A stretch of 62,415 nt of DNA, the filler included, from Rhabdomonas costata (lineage: Eukaryota), in NCBI GenBank assembly GCA_019059605.1. It is 30 parts of 30 records of this genome, joined end to end, with 100 filler letters (N's around TTAATTAATTAA, not from the genome) between each part and the next. Parts side by side here need not be neighbours in the genome. Positions count along the whole stretch, not along the records: positions 45,839 to 47,820 come from JAHMHO010006741.1; positions 47,921 to 49,903 come from JAHMHO010006742.1; positions 50,004 to 51,985 come from JAHMHO010006743.1; positions 52,086 to 54,067 come from JAHMHO010006744.1; positions 54,168 to 56,149 come from JAHMHO010006745.1; positions 56,250 to 58,231 come from JAHMHO010006746.1; positions 58,332 to 60,313 come from JAHMHO010006747.1; 23 more parts are not named here. One strand, written 5' to 3'. The notes beneath the pieces are model-generated. The model was not told the origin of the DNA, made no database searches, and worked only from the letters and a program-made list of their open reading frames with translations. The position numbers and the translations under genes are program-made. Below, in pieces: positions 47,189 through 59,571 of the stretch (its first letter is position 1; each line of letters starts with the position of its first letter).

Positions 47189-49200
47189 GAGCCCGGCTCA
47201 TGAGTGGTGTGCAAAGCGTGCGTGGGTTCGGATACTTCCTGAATACTCATATGGATAGGATTTAAGAGAATGAACCTACGTCATCAAGGCTGCCCGGAAC
47301 AGGAAAATGGGGATCAAGGCTCAAGAATGCTGGTTCGCAACTGCAACGTGTGTGCGTTTCCAGCAGCACCAGAACAAAAAAAAATGCACTTCCGAGCTGC
47401 AGCAGTTCTTGGGAGAGGGGAAAAGGTGGTCAGTTCGAACGGTAATCTCAGCAACAGGTGAGAGCAGGAGGGGTGTACCACAAAGGGCGACAACGTTGCG
47501 TCACATTATGGAGGCCACGGGTTGCACGAGGATGGGATAATACTTCCCTCCCTCCCTCCCTCTCTCTTTGCGGGCCACACGGGTACTTATCTACACAGAT
47601 ACACATATGCACACCGCTTGCAGCTAAGTCCGTGCTGACCTTCAGTACCTCAGCCCTACCGCTGCGGAGCCCGAAAAAGCTGAACGAGCTGAACACTCCC
47701 CGCCATGGTGGGAGTGGGTGGGTGGGATATGTGGGTCTTCCGTTTCATTTTTAGGTGATAGGAGGTAAGAGGCACACGCACATCTCAGTATGACCCAGGA
47801 TTCTTTGACAGATCGCATCCNNNNNNNNNNNNNNNNNNNNNNNNNNNNNNNNNNNNNNNNNNNNTTAATTAATTAANNNNNNNNNNNNNNNNNNNNNNNN
47901 NNNNNNNNNNNNNNNNNNNNTGTTGGGTGTGTTGGGGTGGGGGTGGGGTTTTTGTAATTTGAGCAGGCCTCCCGATACACTGGGTGGCCTGTCGCTGGAA
48001 TTAAAATAATTCTCACCTTTCACCCTCGGCCGGTTGTCTTGTCCCCTGGCGGCTCTTTACCCTTTTTGCGCCGTTCTTGCCCCACTCAGTGGAGTGATTG
48101 TCGCAGAACCCACAACCTATCTAAAAGAAGAACCACCCACTTACCCCACGTCGAACGGGGCCGTCTGTGGCCCACCAAACACACAATCCAGCAGTCTTTT
48201 CTTGAGCCCCCTAAAGATCAGGAACACCACCACCGGCGTGGAATCCGTGCGGAGCCGAAGGTTCTCGGCCCGGAGTTTTCGCGATTCTTCACGTACGTCA
48301 CGTTTCAAGACACCATTCCACAAGTACAGAAAATTGCATAGAACACCAAACGCCAGAAAATGAGCAAACACAAAAAAGGCCAACTATTTAACGAGGTCTT
48401 AGTATTCACACACACACACACACACACACACACCTGTGCGATTTGAGCCCAGCTTTATGCACAAGGACGACGGAATGAGGAAATATAATCCAACAAAACT
48501 TTGCAGCTCATGGAGTTTTCCTTTTCTGAGCGGCTCCATCCCAACCAACGAACACACCGCAGAAAGAAAACTGCAGGACACAAGCATACCGCAGGGAGAG
48601 GATAGTCGTAATCAAGAAGAGGAAATCCGTGTTTGGGAAACTTGTCTTTATACTTGTGCTCGATGTCCCGAAAACCCAACCCTGACAAAAGTGTAACCGA
48701 CAAACGGAAAGCGAAAGAAACAAAAGAGAGAAAGCCCGAAAAGCAGAACAGGAATACCTTGGCTTCCTCCGGTTTGCCTGTCAGCGTCCGCTTCCTCCAA
48801 CGTTTTGTTCTCGTCGGACTTCGAGTTGAAGGTCTGATGGTAAGGCTTGGCCTTCCATTTATCTTGGATCCTTTCCCCTGCAAAAGAAGAATGTGGGGTT
48901 TTTGCCGGACCCAAAAAAACGCGATGCAAAAAACATTGCATTTCAAGCCAAAATTTGGCCCGAGGCAAATTTCGGTGAAATGATGCTTCGGGTCCTCAGG
49001 GCAGGGGTTTCGATAAACTCCACCAAGTTCCCTCTCGCTCACGTTCTCTAAGAAGCAGGGGGTTCGCGGGTTCGCTGAACGCTCCCCGCAAAGGCCACTT
49101 TTTGCAAGTCCAATATCCCAGATTCAGCCAAAATTTTCACAAAAATTTAAAAAATTTCTCAATTCAGTCTATGATGCCGTGAAATTGTCAAGAAGCAAGA

Positions 49201-49510
49201 TTTTATTTTAAGCGGGGCGCGAGGGGAAGGGCGAGGCCCACGACCCGCCCATCTGGGTGTGCACATCGCTCAGTTGTTCGCCACGGCCTTGCGCAGGGCG
49301 ACGGACCGACGCTGCCAGCACTCACCTTGGTGCTTACCAGGGAAGCCCACCTCGTCGTCGCTGGCCAATCTCTTAGAATATCTCTTGAAGAGTGCGCAGA
49401 CGAATTTCTTCCCCTCTTCCCCAAAAGCCCCAAACGTGTCGATGCCGGCGGCAGTCAGTTCATGCTTCAAATGTTTGGAGTTCTCAGCCTTGTCCACGGC
49501 TCTTTGAAAA
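49201..49510 (-). mobile_element. 5'-truncated 3' end of an RLE-type (CRE/SLACS-like) non-LTR retrotransposon
   Basis: GIDTFGAFGEEGKKFVCALFKR...ECWQRRSVALRKAVA matches the C-terminal ETxGxxGxxA...QRxSxAL pattern of CRE-clade ORFs. After a frameshift it ends TAAAATAAAA. Confidence 0.6.
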
Positions 49511-52444
49511 GGGTGCCATGCATGTGAGCGCTTGAGTGTGTGAACAATAGTGGACTACGTCGCCCAAAAGTTCCCAACCTGACCTGCCAAAATAAAAAAT
49601 CCGATTACAGTAGCGCTAGTAACACTTTTGGAAAAGACCACTTTTGCACCCCGGGCCCACCCGTTTTAGACGTAGATGCACAGTGTCTTGTCGATCTCCT
49701 TGTTTGACTTCCTTCCTTCGCTCCCGTTCCCCACATTCAATGTTGCTTTCTTCACAGGTTCCATCCCTGCGACTGGTTCCACCCAACCCTTTGCATGACC
49801 CAACTGCCATATTCTACGTCCCTTTCTCTCCCGTCCTCTCACGCGCATGTTGTCCTTTTCCTCCAACTTCTCCTCCCCCAACAGCCTCCGATCACCACCA
49901 CCCNNNNNNNNNNNNNNNNNNNNNNNNNNNNNNNNNNNNNNNNNNNNTTAATTAATTAANNNNNNNNNNNNNNNNNNNNNNNNNNNNNNNNNNNNNNNNN
50001 NNNACTTTCTCTCGCATCCTTATTCAGGGGTGCTCGCTGCAGCGAAAGGTTCCAGTTCTTCCCCAAGGGATCCGTGCGAGCACTGCAAACACAAATCAAT
50101 GCATGAGCAAAGCCGTGCCAATTGCGGAGAAGGTCTCCAAAGCTTCTTATGCGCTCACCTCATGAAACAACAACCTCACATCTCAAAAAGGATGACGAGG
50201 CTTTCTACCGCTAAATGTAAGCGAGGACAAAGACAAGCCCCCCCCCCAAAAAAAAACCTGTAGAAGAAGTGATGCACATTCAGCACGTCCCTCTCGATGG
50301 ATTCGGGGGGAATCAGAATGGAGACGGTGAACAGGCCCATCCGTTGCGCATTCAAGATAGCGACGAAATCCTGTGGCGAGGGGTGGGTGGGCAATGAAAG
50401 ATGTCTGGCAGCAGGAGGGAGCGACTAACCCCCACCGTACACTACCAAACCACAACCACCGTACACTATCAAAAACAAAAACGTTTGTAAGACACACAAA
50501 CCAGAAACCACCGGCTAAGCGGTAGCTGCAGCAGTCCTCGAAACCAGGTTGTGCATTTGTGTGAGTTCTATTCCATTCCAAGGAAAGCAGGAAAGCACAA
50601 AGACTACAGAAACGACCACAAAAAAACGACAGACGTCTTCATGGCAAAACCTTCCAGAAAAGACGCGTGTAGAGACACCGCACAACGACGCGCCCCAGAG
50701 AGCTTGACCTATAGAGAAAATCGCATACCGCGCTGTTCCGCATCTCCTGGAGCTTCACCAGCCCCGTAGGCTGCCGAGGGCGGACCCTCCTCCCCTTCTG
50801 CGTCTGTCGCGCATCGATTTGGGCGTTGCTGAGGTAGAACTTGCGGACCTTTCGCGAATCCACACGGAAAGACGAAGAAAACAGGAGTGGCAAGCTTCCA
50901 AATGGGTTCCAAATGCACAACTGACGCCACATTTTAAATCTTGGGTGGGCAGCAGCACTGGGTATATACGGAGTTGCAATGCTGCTGTACTCAGCAATGA
51001 TGGCCGAGTTTCAACCCCACGCACCCTCTCCGGGGTCTCCGGGGTTGGAGTGTAGGTACTTGGGTTGGGATGCGCACGTGCACATGAGCAAAGCAAAAGT
51101 GCAATTGGGGTGGAGAGTATGTGGGTGGTTTCGCTGAATACATGGAGAGGAAGAAAGAATTTGAATTGAACTCTACAGACCGCGATCACACGGGTGCTCA
51201 CGATCAGGAAAACCAAGTCACGCGATACTGAAACAATGGATCAGACATACTTCAAAGGCATTGATAGAAACACACCTCCGCTGCTATGAACGGTTCGCAG
51301 GCAATCTGCGTGGCCAGTACATGCTCACAACCTGCGCGATGGTGAATGCAGATTAGAATTCGATTTTGAGGACACTGGATATGGATGGATAGCGCGAGGT
51401 TGGGATGGAAATCCAAAGTATGCAAAGACACGTGAAAAGACCATGTGCCGAAAGGATGGTGATAAAAATATGCCCACCTGAAAGCAAACAGCTCTCTCAG
51501 CTGATGCGTGTGGATGTGTGCATGAGTGTGAGGGTTACGCTGTGCGTGGCGTGTACCTCGTAAAACTGCCTCTGGAGTTGGAAACCGAGGGCACACAAGA
51601 TTCTCGGCGGCGACCAGGGGATGGAACTGGAAACTCCGGGGCACGTCCCGATAGCTGTGACGCAGGTTGCTCGCGAGCTTCGAGGCAGACATCCCAAAAA
51701 AGCTGCCGTCCTGTGGGAGAGTGGGGGGAACAGTAGGTGAGGAGCCGCTCAGTTAAGTTCACCTGCACCTTCACCTCATTCGGAAGAATACAAAGGCAAT
51801 ACAGCATCACAAGGAGAAGACGTAGGGGAGCAAAGGGAAAGCCATGCCTACCTCCACTGGAACGTTCAGCTTGGATTCGAGACATTGCCGGTAGAGGTTC
51901 TTGCCGAGCACACTTCGTTTCGAGCTTTCCTGAAAAAAAGCACCCAGGGACATCAACCACTCACACTGAAATCCACCCAAAAAACNNNNNNNNNNNNNNN
52001 NNNNNNNNNNNNNNNNNNNNNNNNNNNNNTTAATTAATTAANNNNNNNNNNNNNNNNNNNNNNNNNNNNNNNNNNNNNNNNNNNNGGTTGTGTGGTATTG
52101 TTAGGACATGGGATGTTTTCACCAGATTATGCGCTGCGTGTCACCTGCGGTGGCATGAAACGATACGCTTATTAAAACATCATGGGTCGGGCGTACAATA
52201 CCCTGCAAATTTAGCTGTACCGCTTGGTTGGCATCCCTGTCCCCCACTGATACAAAACCCTTCTGCTTTCTAGGACGGTAATTGGAGAGTTTAGAATCCG
52301 TATGCACGAGTTCTGATGCTCTGAGCCACAGAAGATTTGCATCATGAGTACTTGCACTTGGCTTGTTGGTGTCCACCTCCACCCTTCCGCCCCAGCGCGT
52401 CAGAACATCCTTTGTTTCAAGGGGTTTTTTCCTGCATCACAACC

Positions 52445-53826
52445 ATGAGTATTGCTTCGCCTGAAGACCTGCGCATCACCCTGCATGCCCAGCGGTGGGC
52501 CTTCGTCAGACAACTGCTTTCCGAAAGGTTTTTGTACTTCCATATCTTTTGCTTCGATGTAGATACATTCATCAGGCTTTTTCAATGGGAATTCCTCAGC
52601 CAAGTCAGAGTAACGATTCTTTAGGCGTATTTCCTTCCGAAGGCATCCGTGCATTCCTCCCACCAACCCATTCGTCACAGGGGTATTCGCCGAGTTGTGG
52701 AGGTTGGATGCAATGAAGGTTTTGGTCTGAAGTATCTGAGCCGCCTGAAGTACACAAGTGGGGGAATTTCTCACGCCATCGGCATCGACAAGGTGCGAAA
52801 AGCCGCCCTTTTTTCCCGCCTTCCCGTCAGACAGAAGTGCTCTTGGAGATCGCGGACACCCGAGAAGCGCCTTTTTTTGTGGAGTACTTTCGACCTCTTC
52901 AACTTCTTTACCCATGCTAAACAACCAATCAGCATCACAGCCACTTTTGTTTTTTATGTTGTAATTATGTTGTTGCTGCTGCTGCTGCTGCTGCTGCTCA
53001 GCATTCTGATCTGTTCCTGTTCTTGCTTGAAATGCGGAGTTTCGTTCTCCACTTCAAAATGGAGTCTTCCCCGATGAGTTGCCTGGTCCTCTGTTCCCGT
53101 GTTGTTGGCAGACTTTGTCATTCTTCAGTACAGTCACGGTGTCAGCCCGTGACTGGCAAGAATTCGAGGCGTCGTGAGCCTATCGTCGGCACAGCTTTGG
53201 TTGATTGGTGCTTTCGCTGGCCAGGCTGCCGGCATCCATCTCCCCCTCGTTCCATCCAGCTACCCTCCTCCGGATTTTCCGATCTGCATCTGTCACCGTT
53301 GTACCGTGCGTGCAGGACGTCGAGGCCCTTGAGAAAGCCGTGAAGGTGCTGGCAGAACCTTTCGACCACAATGCCGCCGTCGGGCCGAATTTTCTGCTCC
53401 TTCAGGGCAACGGCTGTGAAGTTGACCCTGAACTTGCTCGAGAGCTCGTGCGCTCCAGGTGGTCTTCTTTGTCGTGTTGCTGTTCCTATCTGAGCGTTGG
53501 GTTGATTGGGAAGGCTTGCCGTACTTCAGCACATGACCGCTGTGGTGTGGGGGTCCCGCTGGCCCCTCGTTTTCGATTTCATTGAAAGTGCATGTTCAAA
53601 TGCATTGCGCCCCCCCCCCTTGCTTACCTATTCAAGGGTTTTTGGAGTTGCTTTTTATTTTCGATATAATTCTTGTTTCTTTCAAACTGCTCAGTTACGG
53701 CGCTGTGCTGTGCATTGAAGTTATCGAGCACATGTCTGTGGACGAGGCTCTCCAGCTAGTGCGATCATGGCTTTCAATTGGCTTGCCACTGATGATCCTC
53801 AGCACGCCCAACCGCGATTTTAACCG
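52445..53826 (+). CDS. HEN1: Hen1 small-RNA 2'-O-methyltransferase; exons 52445-52527, 52681-52792, 53316-53458, 53695-53826
   Basis: LHAQRWAFV, SAM motif VVEVGCNEG, IGID, CIEVIEH and STPNRDFN are Hen1 signatures. All introns are GT-AG with matching phases. Confidence 0.88.
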
Positions 53827-54652
53827 GTACGGTACCATACGCCATACCCTCATCACCTCTATCACAATTCCCTCCCTATTCTGCGAGCATTGGTCTCATG
53901 TGAGGTGCTTGGAACCAGAAGCTACCGATACCAACAGGCTCAGACTTTACTCAAAGTTCACACTTTTCTTAACCAGCAATGTTAACGAGAAGAGAAGAGA
54001 AGCTGACAAAGGCCCGGTGGGAAATTTGAAGATAAAGTCGAGCTAAGAGAGGTTTTGACCACCCAACNNNNNNNNNNNNNNNNNNNNNNNNNNNNNNNNN
54101 NNNNNNNNNNNTTAATTAATTAANNNNNNNNNNNNNNNNNNNNNNNNNNNNNNNNNNNNNNNNNNNNTGTGTTGGGGCTAACCTGGCTCTGCTGCTTTGA
54201 TTCAGGCTGGCGGTGTGTGTGCGCGCTGGTACATGTTAACTGGCAGCTTCCCAGGGTGCATCTCTTTGCCCAGTTATGGGTCCGTTTTTGGACTTTTCAG
54301 GCTTTATTCGACTTATTCGACGAATTTTCTAGGTCTTTAAGGCTTGGGGTGCACTTTCTGACCTTTCCAAGAGCCTGCACACTAAGCCAAGCTTTCCACC
54401 GGAGCCTGCTTAGCATACCTAAGGGTAGAGCCCAAGAGTACTGACACCGGGGTGGGCGGAAATGTCTCGGTTTGTAGCTGCTCTAGAGGTCATTTTCGGG
54501 CCTTTAGGTAACGTTTTCGTTCTGGCCTACCTGGCAGAATCAGGAGCTTTTGTTAGTTGGCACACGGGCAGGGCCGCAAGTGTGTCAACCGCTGATTTTT
54601 GTATGTGTCTATGTCAGTCTTTGTGTGCATCTATCCGTTCCCCTCCGCACAG

Positions 54653-56149
54653 GTGCTGAACCGGAATCCCAGCAACTTCTTTGCTGAGACCGAGCAGGTG
54701 GCGTTCTGTGTGAGCAACTTTGTGCCCGGGATTGGGCCCACTGATGACCCGCTAATGCAGGGGCATGTGGCCTCCCCCCTTCCTGGCCCCCTCACCCTTA
54801 TCCTTATCGCCTTCTTTGCCGTTTTCCTTGTGAGACAGAGGATTGGATCGTTGGATAAAGTTCAGAGTTGGGGCAAATACTCAAATACTCATGATTGATT
54901 CTGTGCCTCTGGGAGGAGATAATCGCATAGGAACCTTCGCTTGTGTCTACGAATGGGTTCGGGGGCGTTTTATTTTTTTAAGGTTTGCGATGCACATGGC
55001 GCATTGTCCATTGCAGCCCTTGTGTGCCCACACTTCACATTTGGGGCGCAGGGAATGAGCCTGCTGAGTTTCTCCGGCATTGGTTGAGGTCTCGGATTGA
55101 GAAATCATGCTCAGTGAACAAAGGTCAGAGAGTCAGAGGTCCTGCAAATTGCAGGCTGCAAAATGGACACAAGCATGAGCGCTTCCATTTTGCTTCCGGC
55201 CACCATTCTCTTGTCAGCTCTGAGTGGGCTGGTACTACGCGCTGATGGACGCTGTGTCACGGCCTCGTCGTTGTGCCGCTTTCCCTCCCCCTCTCTCACT
55301 TTTCAAATAGGCGGCTGCTCTCCTACTTTGACACCCAGCTGCACCGACTGGGGGGACCGAACTTCAAGAGCCTTCCGATTAACCGCCCTCTGTGCCCCGC
55401 AATGAACTTCAACTCCGACGGTACTGTCCTCCGATGCCTACTTTACTCTTGCTCGGTTGGCGAGTTAAGCTCGGGTTGTAACACGGCGGTTTTTATCTCA
55501 CGTTTCTCCCACGTCCTCACTTCTTATTTTTTAACCGCTCGAGTTCAATTGTGTCTTAGTCCGCGGTGGTTACGGTTGTTCCTATTCCTGGGTTCCACCG
55601 TATTAATGTCACTCAAGGGAGAATAATGTGTCTGCTGTGCATCCCGTTCCAACCACCCCCACACCTCCGGGTAAGGAAAAATTTATCCTCAAAAAATTTC
55701 CCCACCGCTAAATAAAGATCGCTTGGGGACCACGCCAAAGTCCAAGACGTTTTGGAGAGAAGGGAACCCTTGCCCCTGCAAAAGCTTCTACTGGAATCCA
55801 TGGGGTGCATGCATCGCTGCCCAATCCCTTGCAATGTCTTCTACGGGAATTCAGGAGATGCGGTCGTCCCCACCGCATATTAGTGGAATCCCAGGAGATA
55901 CCTGCGTCGCCCCCTAACCCCATTCAAAGTATTTTATCGGAATCCCCTGGGACACCTGCTTTGTCACCAAACGTTATTCAACTCATACAGTCCAATCACG
56001 TTCATTGCCTTTGAACGTGCCCTTCCACTGCTCCTCGCAGGGTTTCACACCTGCGTCATTCCCAAGGGCACGGTGAACTTCTCCCCGAACAGCCTGGGCC
56101 AGGGCCTCCCCGAGCCCTCGCCCACCGCGGGGTACCACTACCACCCACA
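54653..56149 (+). CDS. katE: Monofunctional heme catalase, large-subunit clade 2 (HPII/KatE-like); exons 54653-54762, 55311-55420, 56041-contig end
   Basis: [17 protein letters not shown]...[46 protein letters not shown]...NFSPNS includes the proximal Tyr. The RLGGPNF/PINRP motifs are typical of clade 2. Confidence 0.92.
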
Positions 56150-56250
56150 NNNNNNNNNNNNNNNNNNNNNNNNNNNNNNNNNNNNNNNNNNNNTTAATTA
56201 ATTAANNNNNNNNNNNNNNNNNNNNNNNNNNNNNNNNNNNNNNNNNNNNG

Positions 56251-56473
56251 GGTGGGGAAAGCGAAAAGAATAGAAAATGTGACAGTGAACATGCGCACCA
56301 CAAGAGAAGAAAGAGGAGAAAGCATGAGGAGAAAGACCTCCCATCCTTTCCGCATCGTGCCACGCATCTGTGGACCAGAAAGGGAGGTCTTTCTCCTCAT
56401 GCTTTCTCCTCTTTCTTCTCTTGTGGTGCGCATGTTCACTGTCACATTTTCTATTCTTTTCGCTTTCTCCACC
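56251..56473. repeat. ~90-bp inverted repeat at contig start, probably a fold-back artefact
   Basis: Arms ~56251-56342 and ~56381-56473 are near-perfect reverse complements, directly at the contig edge. Confidence 0.9.
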
Positions 56474-59400
56474 GTCATCACTCACTCCTCGTTTCCTCTC
56501 CACCTCCACAGCTGTGGTTCTTTTCCCCCACTGCGCCCCAGTTGCACACTGGGAGTATTTTCCACGAGCTGTGTACAAAAACAAAAAATACCGTGTGGTG
56601 GAGGTGGAGGTTTTCCGCGGATGCGGATGTATGAACCGTCAGAATACCTAGCAAGAGGGCTTCCCCATAAGTGTCCTTTCAATTTATTCCGCATACTGGT
56701 GCCTCTGCAGGTTAAGGGAATTTACTGACTTTCCAATACCAGGGCCACAACTCTTGCAAAACGCGCGTTGAAGAAAGTTGCGGCAGAGAACCCGCACAAA
56801 CACAATATGGGGAAAGGACTTATTGGACCAGAACCCATTAAGAAAGCCTTGGTTGATAAGATGTTTGAGTGGCATGCACGACCCCAAAACCCCAAATGCA
56901 AGCCCAAATAATATGATTTTTAATCTTTCGTTCGTTCACTTTGGCCTTCCGCTTCTCCAATAAGCTGGAAATCGACACTTCCCGATTGTCTTGCTTAGAA
57001 TGATGCTGTATTCCTGCTACCGTCTGCGGAGGATTTCGACTGCTTCCCGCCCGTCTGTGACGAATGGGGACTTCGGTGGGTAAACGACACACTTCTTTAG
57101 AGGATTAGGTCGAGGGGGTGACCGAAAGAAAGAATACCCAAACCATTTGGTTACAGAACTTGTCTGGATCGTGCCAAAACATCAATGAAAAGCAATGCGT
57201 GTGGACTTAACTTAATGTGGCAAAGAGCGTGGACTGAACTTGTTGCCAAAACATCAATGAAAAGCAATGAGTGTGGACTATGGTAATGGCACCGTTCTTG
57301 TTCCAACCACTGGCGCCGGTGTTATTACAACAAAACCGGTTACACTCCCCGCGGCTTGGCAACCTGAGCCACTCTTTTAACCTTGCTAGAAAAATTGCGC
57401 CGCGCCTGGGGGAAAACGAAGGCTTCCACCGCTTTCGCGGCCTGGCGAAAAACAACCTGCCTTGGAAATCTTGTAAAACCACATGCGCATCTGCAAAGCT
57501 GGGCGGGCGTAGGTCGAAAGTGTCCTGTTGTTCCACGGCGGGTGAACGACACACTGCTTTAGAGGATTTAAAGGTTTGTGGGACCAAAACGAAGAATACC
57601 CAAAAATTAAGTTATATAAATAAGAAATTAACACGTTCCCAAAAACAACTAGAACAAAGTTTCCCTAATTTCTTCCGTTGCCGCACCCGGAAAATCCATC
57701 AAAGGTACCGATTAATAGACTGTGAGAGATGAGTGGCATACTCTTGATATGCGCTGAAACTGATGTTTTACCCACACTGAATTTGCCTGTATAAAGTGAC
57801 TTCACGTTCCAGTGTTGGTTGCGGTTCCCGGCGAAAAGTAACCATCACACGTTTGCTGCTGTGTGTAAGACAGTGAAAGGCATGTAAGTGGACGTCACGG
57901 CAACCTTTTGCGTACAGACTGTGACGCCGCCTTAACGTTTCCATCTTGTCCTAGTACTGCCCATCAAGTTGTAATATGTTGCTCTTTTGTGCCACGTGGC
58001 ATCGGTACAGTCCGCAGTAATCAGCAGCATACTACTTGTTTAGTCAAACTTTCGTAAAACACTGGTCAAAAACGTACCATGGTGTATTGACAAATATGAT
58101 GTGGTAGTCTGTGTGTGCCGTCTGTGTGTGTAGATTATCAATGGAGTTTTAGTCTTCAGCAAAACGTTTCTCATGATCTTCTAAATCTGATGATGCTATT
58201 TTCTGTAAAATATATAAATATCCACACACAANNNNNNNNNNNNNNNNNNNNNNNNNNNNNNNNNNNNNNNNNNNNTTAATTAATTAANNNNNNNNNNNNN
58301 NNNNNNNNNNNNNNNNNNNNNNNNNNNNNNNCCTCGGGGACGGCCTTGAAGACCACCGTGGTGGCGGCATCGCACTGCAGGGTTCGCAGGGCAAGGTCGT
58401 GGCTTCGCGAGGCCTGGCAGATGGCGCACAAGGTTCCTGTATAAGAGGATCCTCCCTATAAGAGGACCCTAATAGAGGGTGGGTGGGTGGTGCCCACACT
58501 TACAAAGGTCGACACATTCGATTTCGATTGTATCCTCTGACGGGTGCGGCGGTTGACGGGCGACCTCAACCCCCCTCCCAACTATACTGTGCACTATACG
58601 ATTTCCAAACAAAACAGAATGCTTCTGAAAAATACGGCGATTACCACACGCTGCGCGGAGTGGGGACAGGATCCAGCAAAGCAAAGAAAAGATGAGACGA
58701 GAGCCACACAGACCCAGCAGAGAGAAGGGTGGTGTGTCCTTGTTGTGAGCCCGGACCATAAGAAGATTGGCGAAGGTGTTCACGACCGCCACCCACTTTC
58801 CAGCCATCACAAAAAATGAAACAACTGCTGAATTTCTGACCAACATTCCCCCCGCTAAGGCAATGTGGCCATATCTAGGCCCTTTTTTGTTTCGTTTGCT
58901 CCATGCCGACCAGAACCCGCTCACTTACTTGCGTCTGCAAATTGTCACTATTCACTCGAATGAAGCGGTGTGCGATTGGAAAAGAGCCGAGGCCAAATTG
59001 AAGACATGATGATAAAGGCAGAAGATGACACATACACAGATCTTGTGATCCGAAGTAGCTTGGCACCAACCCACTTATGTTGGATGGCTTTCAGCGCTTA
59101 TTATAATTTTCTTTGGGTGCCATGATGATGTCCCTTTTTGCTCGTTTGCTCGCGCGTGCGTGCTGTGAGTGAGATGTCGAAGCGCTATCAGAGGAAAACG
59201 TCTTTCATCAAGCATGGACGCTGGATATAGTCATCGCGTCCCGCAACCCGAAAACCGGGAGAAGGGCTGGGCAGCCACGGCAGAAGAAGCCCAACCCGCA
59301 TCCACTGGCACTCATGCAGACTTCCGGATGAAGTCTAAAAACCAAACCTTCTACCAAACACACACAACCACACACGCGTCCTCCCATACACTAAGAGAAC

Positions 59401-59571
59401 ATCATAGAGATTGCCACCGCACCCAAACGCAAAACTCAGGCGAGCCCGGCTGAAGCAGCGGGCCAGCGTGAGCACACCGAAGCAGACGCGCACGCACACG
59501 CAGCCACGTCCCCAAGGAAAACCCCCAAAAGAGAGAGGAAAGAAGAAAGCTCGAAAGCGCCCCCGTAAGCG

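Noticed and set aside
47186-47195. Second GA donor (ACGG|GAGCCC)
   Set aside because: A same-phase GT lies 15 nt downstream and no downstream exon anchors the junction.
57172-57280. Two ~36-nt repeats with a ~36-nt spacer as a mini CRISPR array
   Set aside because: Only two imperfect copies, no cas genes and a eukaryotic context.
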